This document shows positions 23,798 to 35,140 of a DNA stretch of 64,000 nucleotides, piece after piece. The translations under genes were made by a program, and so were the position numbers. This DNA is from Sphaerodactylus townsendi. Taxonomy: Eukaryota. The stretch spans positions 148,490,001-148,554,000 of the forward strand of contig NC_059428.1 of assembly GCF_021028975.2 (NCBI RefSeq), read 5' to 3'. The notes below the pieces were generated by a model that was not told where the DNA came from, ran no database searches, and worked only from the letters and a program-made list of their open reading frames with translations. Position 1 is the stretch's first letter. Each line of letters opens with the position of its first letter.

Positions 23798-26700
23798 GGC
23801 AGACCTTTGCCTTCCCCTGCGAGGACAGGCAACCGCCTACTTGCCTGGCTGGGGAGCGTTCCCAGCGGAGGCCACTTCTGTCCTCGTGAGCCGCCCTCTC
23901 ACTCCCCTCGCTGTCTCTTCCACAGGTGGTCTTTGGCAGGAAGCTGACGTCCTTTTCGACGATCGCCCTCCATCAACTGCAGCACGAGAAGAAATACGAC
24001 ATTTATTTTACTGATGAAAAAGTTTACGCTCTATATAGGTGAAAACCTCCTTTGGCTGCTGCCCTCGGGGAATCTGGGCCAGGGTTTGGGTTGCAGGAGG
24101 AAAAGCTGGGATTTGCGTTGGACTTCCTTGTGAGCCAGCTCTGTGGCCCACGACTGGTCCGTAGGATTGTAGTGTTTACTCCATTTGGCCTTGTGTGAGC
24201 AGCACCCAGAAGGTGACTCCTGTGTGGTGATTGAACTGGGCCTGTGGTGCCCTAAATGGGAGTTTGTGAGCGTCCTGTGATGTAGACTCGAAGGGGCTCA
24301 CAAACTCTAAGCCAGCCACAAAGCAGGAGGGAAACAGTGCGAAGTTGGAGCTTCAGAGCCCTACCGATGAATAAGCAGCCGCAAAACGTATAAATGGGTG
24401 CACGTTTGCATAATACCCAGGTTCCGGAATACCCGCTTTGCATGATCCAAAGCCCAGCAACTGATTGAGCGTCACGTCCTTCTCCTGGATCGGCACTCAG
24501 GATAGTTTCCCAAAGAAAATAAGATGCAGCTGGCAGGCCAAACATAGGACAGCACAGTCCAGCCACTGGCTGGGTGGGTGGGAGGCCACTCTCCTGGTAT
24601 GCCCCCTTCCAGTGTGGTGTAGTGGTTAAGAGCAGGTGCACTCTAATCTGGGGAACCAGGTTTGATTCCCCGCTCTGCCACTTGAGCTGTGGAGGCTTAT
24701 CTGGGAACTAGATTAGCTTGTGCACTCCCACATATGCCAACTGAGTGACCTTGGGCTAGTCCCAGTTCTTGGGAGCTCTCTCAGCCACACCCACCTCTCA
24801 GGGTGTTTGTTGTGGAGGGGGGGCAGGAGAGAGGAGTTTGTAACCCCCTTTGAATCTCCTTACAGGAGAGAAAGGGGGGATATAAATCCAAACTACTCCT
24901 CTTCTTCCCCTTCCCAGGGAGAATAGAAACATCGCAGCAAAAGTTGCTGAGAAAGGGAAGCCGGATTCTAACAGGGGACTGAAGTTGTGTGTGTGGCCGT
25001 GCCAACCTCCGTCCTCTTTTTCTCTCCCAGGAAACTCTTGCAGCATGAATGCCCGCTGTGCCCGGATGCCAGGCCCTTCGCCACTGTTGTGGAGCTGGAG
25101 CAGCACATGAGGAAGCAGCATGAGCTCTTCTGCTGCAAACTGTGCGTGAAGCACCTGAAGGCAAGTGGCCGGGAGCCTTTCCAGGCGTGGGCCTCCGTCA
25201 CGGGGGCCTCCCGAGTCGTCTGTCCCCCCCGTGTGTCCCCCCCCGGCACTAAGAGGGTTGTCTTCTCTTTCAGATCTTCACCTACGAGCGCAAGTGGTAT
25301 TCGCGCAAGGACCTTGCCCGGCACAGGATCCACGGGGACCCGGACGACACGTCTCACCGGGGACACCCCCTGTGCAAATTTTGTGACGAGCGCTTCTTGG
25401 ACAACGATGAGTTACTGAAGCACTTGCGAACACACCACTATTTCTGCCACTTCTGTGATTCCGAGGGGGCCCAGGAGTATTACAGGTGGGTGGCTGGGAG
25501 AGTCACTTTGGAGAGGGCCATCCCCCGTACGGACATGGGAGGATCAGATTCGGTTCCTGACTGTGCTCAGCTGTCTGTCGAGTGCCAGAATCCCCAGGGT
25601 ACCACTCATGCGCTTTAAACAAATCAAAGAAAATGGCGGGGGTACAAATTGATATCCAGATCTTGTTGAAGAGGAGAGGGAGTCATGGCCAGACCCCAGT
25701 TTCGTGGGGTTTTTTCCAGAAAGGCCAGCAAGGAGCCAGGGGTCCCCAACGTGGCACCATAGCACCTACTGACACCTTTCCTTGTGCCTGACAATTGTAG
25801 CATTATGGGGGGTGGGGGTGTGAGGTGGAGGTTTTGCCCAGCAGGGCTTTTGTCTGACCATGCAGTTTTTTGCTGCCACCGCAGTATAAGGCTCTTTATT
25901 GTGTAAGCTGCGTCAGCCATTTTGTGGCTGGCGCCGCCTCCCACTGCAGCCATTTTGTGACTTCACCCACCGCCATGCTCACAGTCTCCGAAAGGTTGAG
26001 GGCCCTTGGGGTGGAGCCGCCAGAGGCTCTCTGCAGTCAGAATATCTCTGGTTTTAAGCCTGCCATTTTGACACAGCGAGCACCTGTGTCCTTCAAAAAA
26101 AGCTTGCTTTTTCAAATCAGCCAACCCCTCTCTGCCTCCCTCCCCGCACTCTTCTGCCCTTCCTGCAGCGACTACGAGTACCTGCGGGAACATTTCCGTG
26201 AGAAGCATTTCCTCTGCGAAGAAGGCCAGTGCAGCACGGAGCAGTTCACGCACGCCTTCCGGACCGAAATCGACTACAAAGCGCACAAGATGGCCTGCCA
26301 CAGCAAGAACCGGGCGGAGGCCAGGCAGAACCGGCAGATCGACCTGCAGTTCAGCTATGCACCCAGGCACCCGCGGAGGAACGAGAGTACGTGGGCCTGG
26401 GAATTGTAGGGTGGGAGTTAAACCCCTCTGTGTGGGTCGGCCCCTTAGCTCAGAATACGTTCCCCTTGGGGCAAGCTGACCAATCCCCTTCCAGCTGTAG
26501 GATTTTTGCTTTTGGAAGACCGGGAGGAGGAGAAGAAGAAGAGTTTGGATTTAAATCCCCACTTTCTCTCCTGTAAGGAGACTCAAAGGGGCTGACGATC
26601 TCCTTTCCCTCTCCCCCCCCCCAATAAACACCCTGTGAGGTGGGTGGGGCTGAGAGAGCTCCCAAGAGCTGTGACTACCCCAAAATCACCCAGCTGGCGT

Positions 26701-29700
26701 GTGTTGGAGTGCACAAGCTAATCTGGTTCACCAGATAAGCCTCCACAACTCAAGAGGGAGAGCAGGGAATCAAACCCGGTTCTCCAGATTAGAATGCACC
26801 TGCTTTTACCCACTACGTGGCTGGGGTGGGGTTGATTGTCCTTGACGATGTCAGAAAAGCTCAGAAGGCAGAGAAATTAGATTTGGGTTTCTGGAGCCGC
26901 TTCCAAAACGGCCGGTCCCACAGTCTCCCCGGGCGGACTGTTCTCACTGGCACGTGTCACTTCATCTGAGTCCTGCCCTGTCCAGCTCTTGGACTGATTG
27001 TGGCTGCCGTAGTGGGGAGGAAGGAGGGTGGATTGAGGCCACCAACCAGCCGCGTGTCTTCTCCTCCTAGGTGTTGTCGGCGGGGAAGATTACGAAGAAG
27101 TTGACAGGTACAACCGGCACGGGAGAGGAGGCCGGGCGGGACCGCGCAGCGGGCAGCAGAACAGGAGAGGAAGCTGGAGGTATAAGAGGTAAGGAGCAAG
27201 GGGTGTCTCTGCAGGTCAGGAAGCCTCTTGGCAGCGGAGTCCGAGAAGCGGCCTTTGTCGCCCGGCTGGTCAGCTGAACACGCTTGTCTGGCTGTTGTCT
27301 GACTTCGCATGTCCTGCAGTGCCCTCTCCCCTCGCCTTTGCTCATGACTGCTTTGAAGAAGATTTTTTTGGATGTATATCCCCCCCCCCCATTTCTCTCC
27401 TGTGAGGAGACTCAAGGGGGCTTACAAACTCCTTTCCCTTCCTCTCCCCAAAACAGACCCTTCTGAGGCAAGTGGGGCTGGAAGAGTCCTGAGAGAACTG
27501 TGACTAGTCCAAGGTCACCCAGCAGGAATGTAGGAGTGCGGAAATACATCTGGTTCACCAGATAAGCCTCTGCCACTCAGATGGAGGAGTGGGGAATCAA
27601 ATCCGGTTCTCCAGATTAGAACCCACCTGCTCTTAACCACGACACCACGCTGGCTTTGATCCAGAAAGGTGTCACATTAGATAAGGCGAAGGGACTTAGT
27701 TTGCCAGGCTGCAGCCCAGAAGCTGCCTCGCCCCTTCTTCCGGGAGTCCCAGATGCCCTGGCTGCCCCTCTCAGCAACAGGAGGGCGTGCCAGAGAGAGC
27801 ACAGGTGTGGACAGGTAAGGGAGAAAACAGCCCTCGTTTCACCGAGCTTTTCTTTGTTGTGATCGAAACGTCCGCAGGGAGGAAGAAGACCGAGACATCG
27901 CTGCGGCCGTCCGGGCATCAGTAGCCGCCAAACGGCAGGAAGAGAAAAAACGGGGGGAGGAGAAAGAGGATGGGCCCCGGGCCAAAAAGGAGGAGCTGAA
28001 AGATGCGGAGGCGAGCGCCTCAAAGAGGGGGCTGAACCCCCCCTTGGAAGCCCCAGGTAAGCAAGAAGGTCTGCGGCAGGCCTGGTGGGAGGCGGGCACC
28101 TTGTCCCCTGGGAGGATGCTTGCTTTTTCTGCAAGGAAGCACTTTGAGCCGGGCCTGCAACTCTCTTTTCCACCCCAGCGCCCAAAGAAGCGGCGGCAAA
28201 GGCCGTGCTGAGCCAGGAGGATTTCCCCGCCTTCAGCTTGCCTGTAGCTGGCGCCACACAGAGGTGAGTCCTTCTGCTCCGAGCTGCAAAATGCACTGTT
28301 GCTTCATACCCTTGAGGCAGGGGTGGCCAACCTCTGGCACTCCAGGTGTTCACAGACTACAATTCCCATCGGCCATGCTGGCAGGGGCTAATGGGAATTG
28401 TATTTATTTATTTATTATTGGGTTTTGTATACCGCCCTACCCCCAAAGGGCTCTGGGCGGTGCACAACATTGTAGTCCATGAACATCTGGAGCGCCATAG
28501 GTTGGCCACCCCTGGCTAAGGCATAACTTGGACCCCCCCCCCCCCCCCCAAAAAAAAAAATCTGGTAGCTGTGTCCTTCCTTCTGCCAGGACCGGTTTGC
28601 TGTTTGGCTTACAAAAGCCTTGTGAGCGAATGGCACGAACCCTCCTTGCCGATCTGGCCTCCAAATCAAGTTCCTTCCGTAACATTTGAATTGTCACGTG
28701 TGGGAGACTTTCTCGGCAGCTGACGCTCGGTGGGCGTGGTGTGAATTTCTCTTTGCGGCTTCTCTTTTCCTCGCAGCTCTGCCCAGCCGGCTCCGGTCAA
28801 GCTGAAGGATGAAGACTTCCCCAGCCTGTGTTCCTCCACGACCATCCCGGTCCCGTCTACCTTGTCCTTGACATACACGGCGACCGCCAAGAAGACATCC
28901 TTCCAAGAGGAAGACTTCCCTGCCCTGGTGTCCAAAGTCCGGCCAAACAACAAGACTCTGTCGACCCTCTCTTCCGCCTGGAGCAACGGCTCCGGCAAAA
29001 ATGTGGTCAGGGCTGCTGTCCCTCACGCAGCGGCGGTGGCCGGTCAGTCAGCCAGGAAGCTGGGGCCCAGCGGCAGAGGCAGCAAGAAGACCAAGGCCAC
29101 CGGCTCCCTCGACGACGAGGATGACGGTGGGGTCACCAGCCAGGAGATCCGCAGCGCTCCGACGATGGTTGATGTGTCCTCCTTGCTGGTGGCCCCGAAC
29201 GCCCAGACTTTTGTGAAAGTGGGCAAGAAGAAGAAAGTCGGGGCTGAGAAGCAGAGGGCGTCGCCACCCCCTGCACCCCCGCAGCCGGTGCCGTCCCCCA
29301 TCCCTTCTGGAGAGGGTGCCCCAGAGGCCGAGCCCCCAGCAAGTGCCCCCGTGAGCACTTCTGCAGCAGAGAGAGCCGCAGCGGTCATGAACGGTCACTC
29401 GGAAAAGCCTGCCCCGTGCCCAGCTTCCAAGGAGCCGCCCGGCCTGAAGAAGCCCCTTGCGACCAGCCAGCCCCTCTTGCCTCAAGAGGACTTCCCAGCT
29501 CTCGGCAGCTCCCGAACGCCTCCTCCACCAGGTAAGGGGGCCAAGGCCTGTCCTCGCCTGTTTAGAATGTCACCTGCGTTCAGTGGTGCTAGACCAGACC
29601 AGGGGTCCACCCAGTCCAGCAGTATGCCACAGGGAACCCCGCAATTAGGATCAAAGACATTTTGCCTCAGAATCTGGAGTGACCACTGGACTCCTGTGGC

Positions 29701-32067
29701 CTGAGACAATTGTACATCTGTCCTCCCTAAGTCTGTCTGACCCCCTTTTAAGGCCATCGGAGCCAGCAGCTCTCGCAGCTTGTGGCAGTGAGTTCCACAG
29801 GTGTGCAGTCTGACTTCCTTTTGCTTTCAGCCCTAATAATGGCCCTGCTTCAAACCTGGGACTTGGTGCACGCAAAACACGTCCTCTGCCCCCAAGCTGT
29901 GTTGAATTCGGCTGGCCCGTGGTGACCTGAACCACAACCTTTGCAGCAGACGTTCCCTGCCAAAAGAATCACAACTAAACTTCAAGCGGCAACCCCGCTG
30001 CGCTCTGGTATTCACGGCTTGCCTTCCTCCCCAGGTTTCAATCCCCCTGCGTGTGCTTTCTGAACAGTCCGGGCCTCAGCCTGCTGGCTGTGCCTCTCGG
30101 CAAACCACCTCCTGGCTTCACCCCAATTCTCCCTGCCGGAGTCTCGGAACTGGCCCCTGCAAAAGAGTGAGTAGATCCCTCTCGGAAGACAAGCAGCCCT
30201 TGTGGATCCAGGCTCGGGCGGCTCCCACGCAATGAGAAGGGCCAGGACATTTCATTCACCCTCAGAGGGGGGCGCGCGCGCGCACACACACACACACACA
30301 GGAGTGACGGAATAATGCAGGTGTTGCTGAAGTAAGGAGGCAGGTGCAGAGCTGGAGCATGCAGAGCTGCAGCAGGGAATTTCTTTCCTGTGTAGATACT
30401 TAGACTTGGTGGAATTAAAAGTATTTTTAATAAACGCATTTCCTGTAGCACGGTGGCTGTTTCCCCCTTTGTCTAGGGCGCCAGCGGGGGTGGGAGACAG
30501 GGGATGGGAAGCCCCAGGGAGACAGGATGTAGTTCAGAAGACCATACTTAACAGACTCACCTGCACGCACGCGCACACGCGCACACACACACACATATAC
30601 ACCAAGCATCCTCAGGTTAGTTCCTCCACCCACCCCAGGGAACTCTCCAAGGTACTGAAGACCCCCCCCCCCCCCCCTTTCCTCCCCTCCAGGGCCAAGC
30701 CGTGTCTGGGAACCTACTTGATCCTGGAGAACTTCCAGCAGCGGAACACGCAGCTCATCCAGTCGATCAAGGAGTTTCTCCACAACGACGAGTCGCAGTT
30801 CAACGAATTCAAGACCTACTCGGGACAGTTCAGGCAGGTGAGAGCCCCCCCGTCTGTCTCTTGGGGAACCCGGCTGAATCAGCCTCCACGTGGTTTTTTC
30901 CCACCCTTCCCAGAATACTTCTCAGAAGGGGGTAGAGCAGCCAACCCAGGTTAGGAAACTGAGAGGCTGAAAGCCAGAACATGTGACCCCCACTGAGTCA
31001 GCAGACAGGGTAGAAGTGACGATCTCAAGTTGCCCCACCAGCTTAAACTTGGTCCCTTCAGATCGGGCACTCCAGGAAACCCTGTGACAAGCAATAGAGC
31101 TGGCTAGTCTCTTTCACAGAACAGCTTGTATGTTTTGCTCCGATGAACTATTCAGCTCTCCCAGGACCCGGCAGAAACAACCAGAAGAGACGGATTTATA
31201 CCTCCTCTTTCTCTCCTGTAGGAAACTCAAAAGGGCTTCCAAACTCCTTTCCCATCCCCGCCTCACAACAAACACCCTGTGAGGTGGATTGGGCTGAGAG
31301 AGCTCCCAAGAACTGTGACTCGCCCAGCTAGCGTGTGCCAGAGTGCACAAGCTAATCTAGTTCACCAGATAAGCCTCCACACCTCAAGTGGCAGAGCGGG
31401 GAATCAAACCTGGTTGTCCAGATTAGAGTGCACCTGCTCTTAACCACTGCGCCACCCTGGCTCTCCTGACCCCACCCCACCCAGGCGCTTGGGGACCACG
31501 ACGTATTGGAGTTGAGAGGGACTGGTTCTCAAGGGGGTCCCATCTCTGTCCCACAGTGCAGGGGTGCCAATGAGGGAATGTGGGAGGCACTTATCGTTCC
31601 GGCTTCCCACTTCGCCGATCGGCGGAGCAGCCCAAGTGCGCCTCGTCCTTCTCTGAATATCTCACCCCTTTCCTCTTCTCTTTCCTCCCGGCAAGGGTCT
31701 GATTTCCGCCGCTCAGTATTACCGCAGCTGCCAGGACCTCCTGGGGGAGAACTTCCGGAAGATCTTCAACGAACTCCTGGTGCTCCTGCCAGACACGGCC
31801 AAGCAGCAGGAACTGCTGGCCGCCCACACCGACTTGAAGGCCAAGGAGAGGCCCGGCGGCCACAGCGGCTGCCCGCCCTTCAGCAAGTCCAAGAAGAACC
31901 GGAAGAACGCTTGGCAGGCCGACTCATGCCCCGACCTCCTCGACTACTGCGTCTGCCCCCAGTGCCAGCAGGTGCTGACCCCGCAGGATCTGGTGGCCCA
32001 CAAGGCCCTCCACCTGGAGGACGAGGAGTTCCCCTCCCTGCAGGCTATCAGCCGGATCATCAGCTAG
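18679..32067 (+). CDS. ZNF598: E3 ubiquitin-protein ligase ZNF598 (Hel2 orthologue), 12 exons, about 883 aa if the 1-nt frameshift in exon 10 is corrected
   Basis: Exons: 18679-18870 (RING CVLCC..CEHPICYRC..CAVC), 23926-24038, 25031-25160, 25274-25485, 26169-26386, 27071-27188, 27878-28056, 28179-28263, 28777-29531, 30035-30166, 30693-30837, 31696-32067. All junction phases agree except exon 10. C2H2 fingers, PPPGF motifs and the C-terminus DEEFPSLQAISRIIS match ZNF598. Confidence 0.96.
19063..19354. mobile_element. Two tandem palindromic hAT-type MITEs (19063-19186, 19221-19354)
   Basis: CAG...CTG termini; same core as 4611-4764. Confidence 0.8.
20575..21007. mobile_element. Non-autonomous hAT (Charlie-type) element inserted in a CR1 3' end
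   Basis: Perfect 16-bp TIR CAGGGGTAGAGAACCT and perfect 8-bp TSD ATCTAGGC. Confidence 0.88.
21150..21260. repeat. 62-bp tandem duplication
   Basis: CAGAGAAAACTGTCAATCCAAACAGAAGTTTGGTGTG at 21162 and 21224. Confidence 0.85.
22283..22560 (-). mobile_element. tRNA-derived SINE
   Basis: Same family. Confidence 0.8.
23751..23797. repeat. (CCAG)n microsatellite
   Basis: About 11 units; a (CCTG)n tract also lies at 48577-48608. Confidence 0.9.
24608..24908 (+). mobile_element. tRNA-derived SINE
   Basis: Same family. Confidence 0.8.
26524..26820 (-). mobile_element. tRNA-derived SINE
   Basis: Same family. Confidence 0.8.
27355..27655 (-). mobile_element. tRNA-derived SINE
   Basis: Same family. 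Confidence 0.8.
28318..28514. mobile_element. Palindromic hAT-type MITE interrupted by a 66-bp retroposon tail
   Basis: TIR CAGGGGTGGCCAACCT; insert 28403-28468 flanked by an ATTGTA duplication. Confidence 0.8.
31180..31465 (-). mobile_element. tRNA-derived SINE
   Basis: Same family. Confidence 0.8.
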
Positions 32068-32082
32068 CCGTTCCGGGCGACC

Positions 32083-32088
32083 AATAAA
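32083..32088 (+). terminator. Candidate proximal polyadenylation signal of ZNF598
   Basis: AATAAA 15 nt after the stop codon; ATTAAA also at 33066 and 33988. Confidence 0.3.
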
Positions 32089-32878
32089 CCCAGTCTCCGT
32101 CTGACCACTCGCGCGTCTCGGGAGGCGGGGCCAGGGCTGAGTGGGGGGGAGAGAGCAGCCAGAACCACGTGGGCTGAAAGGGGGTGGTTGTGAGGCCAGA
32201 AGACACGTGGCAGGCTCGAGGAGTGGTTAGTGGCTTGGGATTGTTGTGGCGGCTGGTGTGAGCCCGACGGGCTCGCTCAGCCTCCTGGGACTGCAGGGAA
32301 GTGCAGCAGAGTATCTCTGCTGCCTTAACTTGGTTCTGACTTTTGGCACCAATAGGGTGGGTGGGTGGGTGGGTTGGTTGGCCCTTTTTTTTTAGCCTGG
32401 GAAAGTTTCACAGTGGAGGAACCCGTGGAAACAGCGGCTGAGCTGCAGGAGGGAGTCGGAGGGAGGCTGCAAAGAGTGAAGGGATCTGGGAACATGGAGC
32501 TGGACAGAGAAGGAAGGTGCTGCTTTCTGTACCCTTCCATCCTTCTTGTTCTGTCTCCGCACAGGATTGGAACCTCTTCACACGGGGGGGTGGGGGGGCA
32601 AGGGTCCACGATCTGGCTTTCTCGAGCCCTTAACGTAGCCCTCGAGCAGCTCAACAGTTTGTCTGGAGCTTTGGGTTGCTAGCTGTTAATGAGTAGGGAG
32701 GAAGGCAACATGTAGACCTCTGCCCTCTTGGCCAGGCTAGCCCCAGCCAGAGCCCTCCAAAGCAGGCTGGCCCCAGGTGAAGCCCTCTGGCCAAGAAACT
32801 TGCCCACCCCCCGCTCCAAAAGAGGTTTTGCGCCTACCATTTAAACCTGTTTTTCTGTAAAACCCAGATTTGTTTTCT

Positions 32879-32959
32879 GTTAGAACTGCACATAGGGGGA
32901 CACCCCACCCGAAGGCGTTAGAACTGCACATAGGGGGACACCCCACCCCGAAGGCGTTC
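32879..32959. repeat. About 38-bp tandem duplication in the ZNF598 3' region
   Basis: GTTAGAACTGCACATAGGGGGACACCCCACCC(C)GAAGGC twice. Confidence 0.85.
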
Positions 32960-33949
32960 AGCACTTTCCCCGTCTTCTTACTGTAACTGTTTGTTGATGT
33001 AAGTTGGGTTGTTTCCAGTTCTCTGGAGAAATTGGTGCTGGCTGAGAACCACAGGCGGACGGCTCATTAAAACCCGCTCCCCACGCTCACCCTCTCGGTC
33101 TGCCGCCTGATGCCTTGAAGCGTTTTCTCCTGTGGGGGCTTTACTGGAGGGAGGCAGAAGTGTGGGCCTGCTTGCTCCCAGAACGTTCAGTGGCCGCCGT
33201 CTTGACCCCAGTTGTCCGGCATGCATGTCCACCCAAGGGCCGGCGAGAGGCTCTCTCTTTAAAGCCTCGCGTGCAGCGGAGGCTCTGCTAGACAGGGCCC
33301 CCGGAGAGGCCAACTCTTCTGCACCAGTCGACGTATTTAAAACCTTTTGTTAACGTTCTGCTTCTGCTCGGCTGCACAGCTGTGTGCTGCAGGGGTGGCG
33401 TTGTTGCCCGTTTTGGTTTTCAGCCTGGAAGTGGCCGCTTCCTCAAATCTGCACCTAGAAACCTAGCCCTTCAAGAGCAAAGCTGAGTTAGATCTCTCGC
33501 CTGGTACTTTTTTTCCGTGTTCAAGACGGTGTAGGGTCTTTTTGAGGGCGGGGGTATACCTTTGTCCCTTTACCTGGCAGTAAATGCTGCCATCTGGGAG
33601 AGTTTCGCCATTGTAAGGAGCCAGTAGAGAAGGTGGCTGTGAGTTTCTTGTACAAATTTGGATGAAGGGAGTCGGGCAGCCGCTGTTGGGTGGGGGTGGT
33701 CCACGGCCTTCTGCTTTCTCCCCTGAGGCCTGGGTTCCTTTGCTCTCAGACAGCCACCTCAGGCTGTGAGTCTTCCACGCGTCGTCCTCTGCTAAGGTCC
33801 CTGGTCTGGCCAAGCTTTTAAGCAGGCTGGTTGTTTCTTATCTGTTAGAACGGCTCAAACCGTTGTGGTTCCTCCTCCAGTGTCCCTTCTCCCCACCAAA
33901 TCCACAGACAGTATCTACCGAAGGTTCCAGATAGTTTTGTTTTAAAATG

Positions 33950-33955
33950 TTTATT
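33950..33955 (-). terminator. Candidate distal polyadenylation signal of SYNGR3
   Basis: Minus-strand AATAAA followed by CATTTTAAAACAAAAC and a GU-rich downstream stretch. Confidence 0.45.
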
Positions 33956-34922
33956 GGAAAATAATGTTGCAGTTGGCACACAAGACAATTAAAGGAACAC
34001 AATTACAGATCAGTTGAGAGTTCTCACTCTGAAAGGTTATCAGGTGGCGTCCCTCTTGGAGTTGTCCCATTCAGCGCAGTGCTCTCCTCCAGAGCAAGGA
34101 AGGCAGAGGAAAGCACTCCGCAGGATCCAGTATACTGGACCTGGCTCTACCGTTTATGTACATACAAAAATTTGTAAAACGTCTTTAAAAACTAACTTTT
34201 GCACAATCCACTTTTCTACAACGACACACAGGGCTAACTCACAACTGCAAACCCCCCCCCCCCCCCGTTCCATTTTTGTGAAGTAAGTTGCGTTTGAAGA
34301 GAGGTATCTGCATGTTTGGTATCTTATTCAAAAAAATACGAAAAGAAGGCGAGACGAAATGCAAATTGCGGCCGATGTCAGGTTGCGAGGACCGGGCCTT
34401 TCCCCTTTTTGGTCTGCAACCAGTCTTATTGATGCGGTGTGAGAACGAGGACAGGTTCCCCCGTCTGTCTATTGCAGGGAAAGGTCCCCTCCTCTGAATT
34501 AAAAAGAAGCTGTATTGGAATAACTGAAGGGAGGCAGAGCTGGACTTCCTCCGAGGAGGAAGTTAACCTGTTTCTACTCCGGAGAGATTTGACAAAAGAC
34601 ACACGGGGGGAGTATTGCCTTTCTGGAGTGGCAGTCTGGAGGACGTGACAGGGGTCAAAGGAGTTAAAAGACGCTTTAGAGGTCACCTAGTCTAACACAC
34701 GTAAGCCAGAAGGACGGCACCCCAAACGGCCTCTGCTCGAAGACACACACACACACACCCCCAGCCTTGAGGTAATTGGTTTCATCCTCGACCTGCTGTC
34801 CTTGGGAGCAAATCTCTCCCAACATTCAGACAAAAACCTCTTCTTGAATTTGGCTAACTAGTCTTGCTTCCTGGAACAGCAGAGGCCGAAAGAGGGGGGG
34901 GGGGCGTGAAGCGCTGCGTGGA

Positions 34923-35140
34923 AAGCCAGTGTGGTGTAGCCTTTTTAGTGTTGGAGTAGGATCTGGGAGGTCTGGGTTCGAAACCCTGTACTGCCACTGG
35001 AGCTTGCTGGGCGACTGGGCCAGTCAGCCCGACCCGTCGCACAGGGTTGTGATGAGGCACAGTGGAAAAGCAGGGGAAGAGCTGAAGAGCTCTGAGTTCC
35101 CGCTGGGAAAAAGGATATAACTGAAGCAAGTAAATAAATA
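34923..35140 (+). mobile_element. Older, diverged tRNA-derived SINE
   Basis: AGCCAGTGTGGTGTAG head, GGGTTCGAAACCC B box, TAAA tail. Confidence 0.6.

Noticed and set aside
29044-29485. Antisense ORFs over ZNF598 exon 9
   Set aside because: Shadow frames of a GC-rich coding exon.
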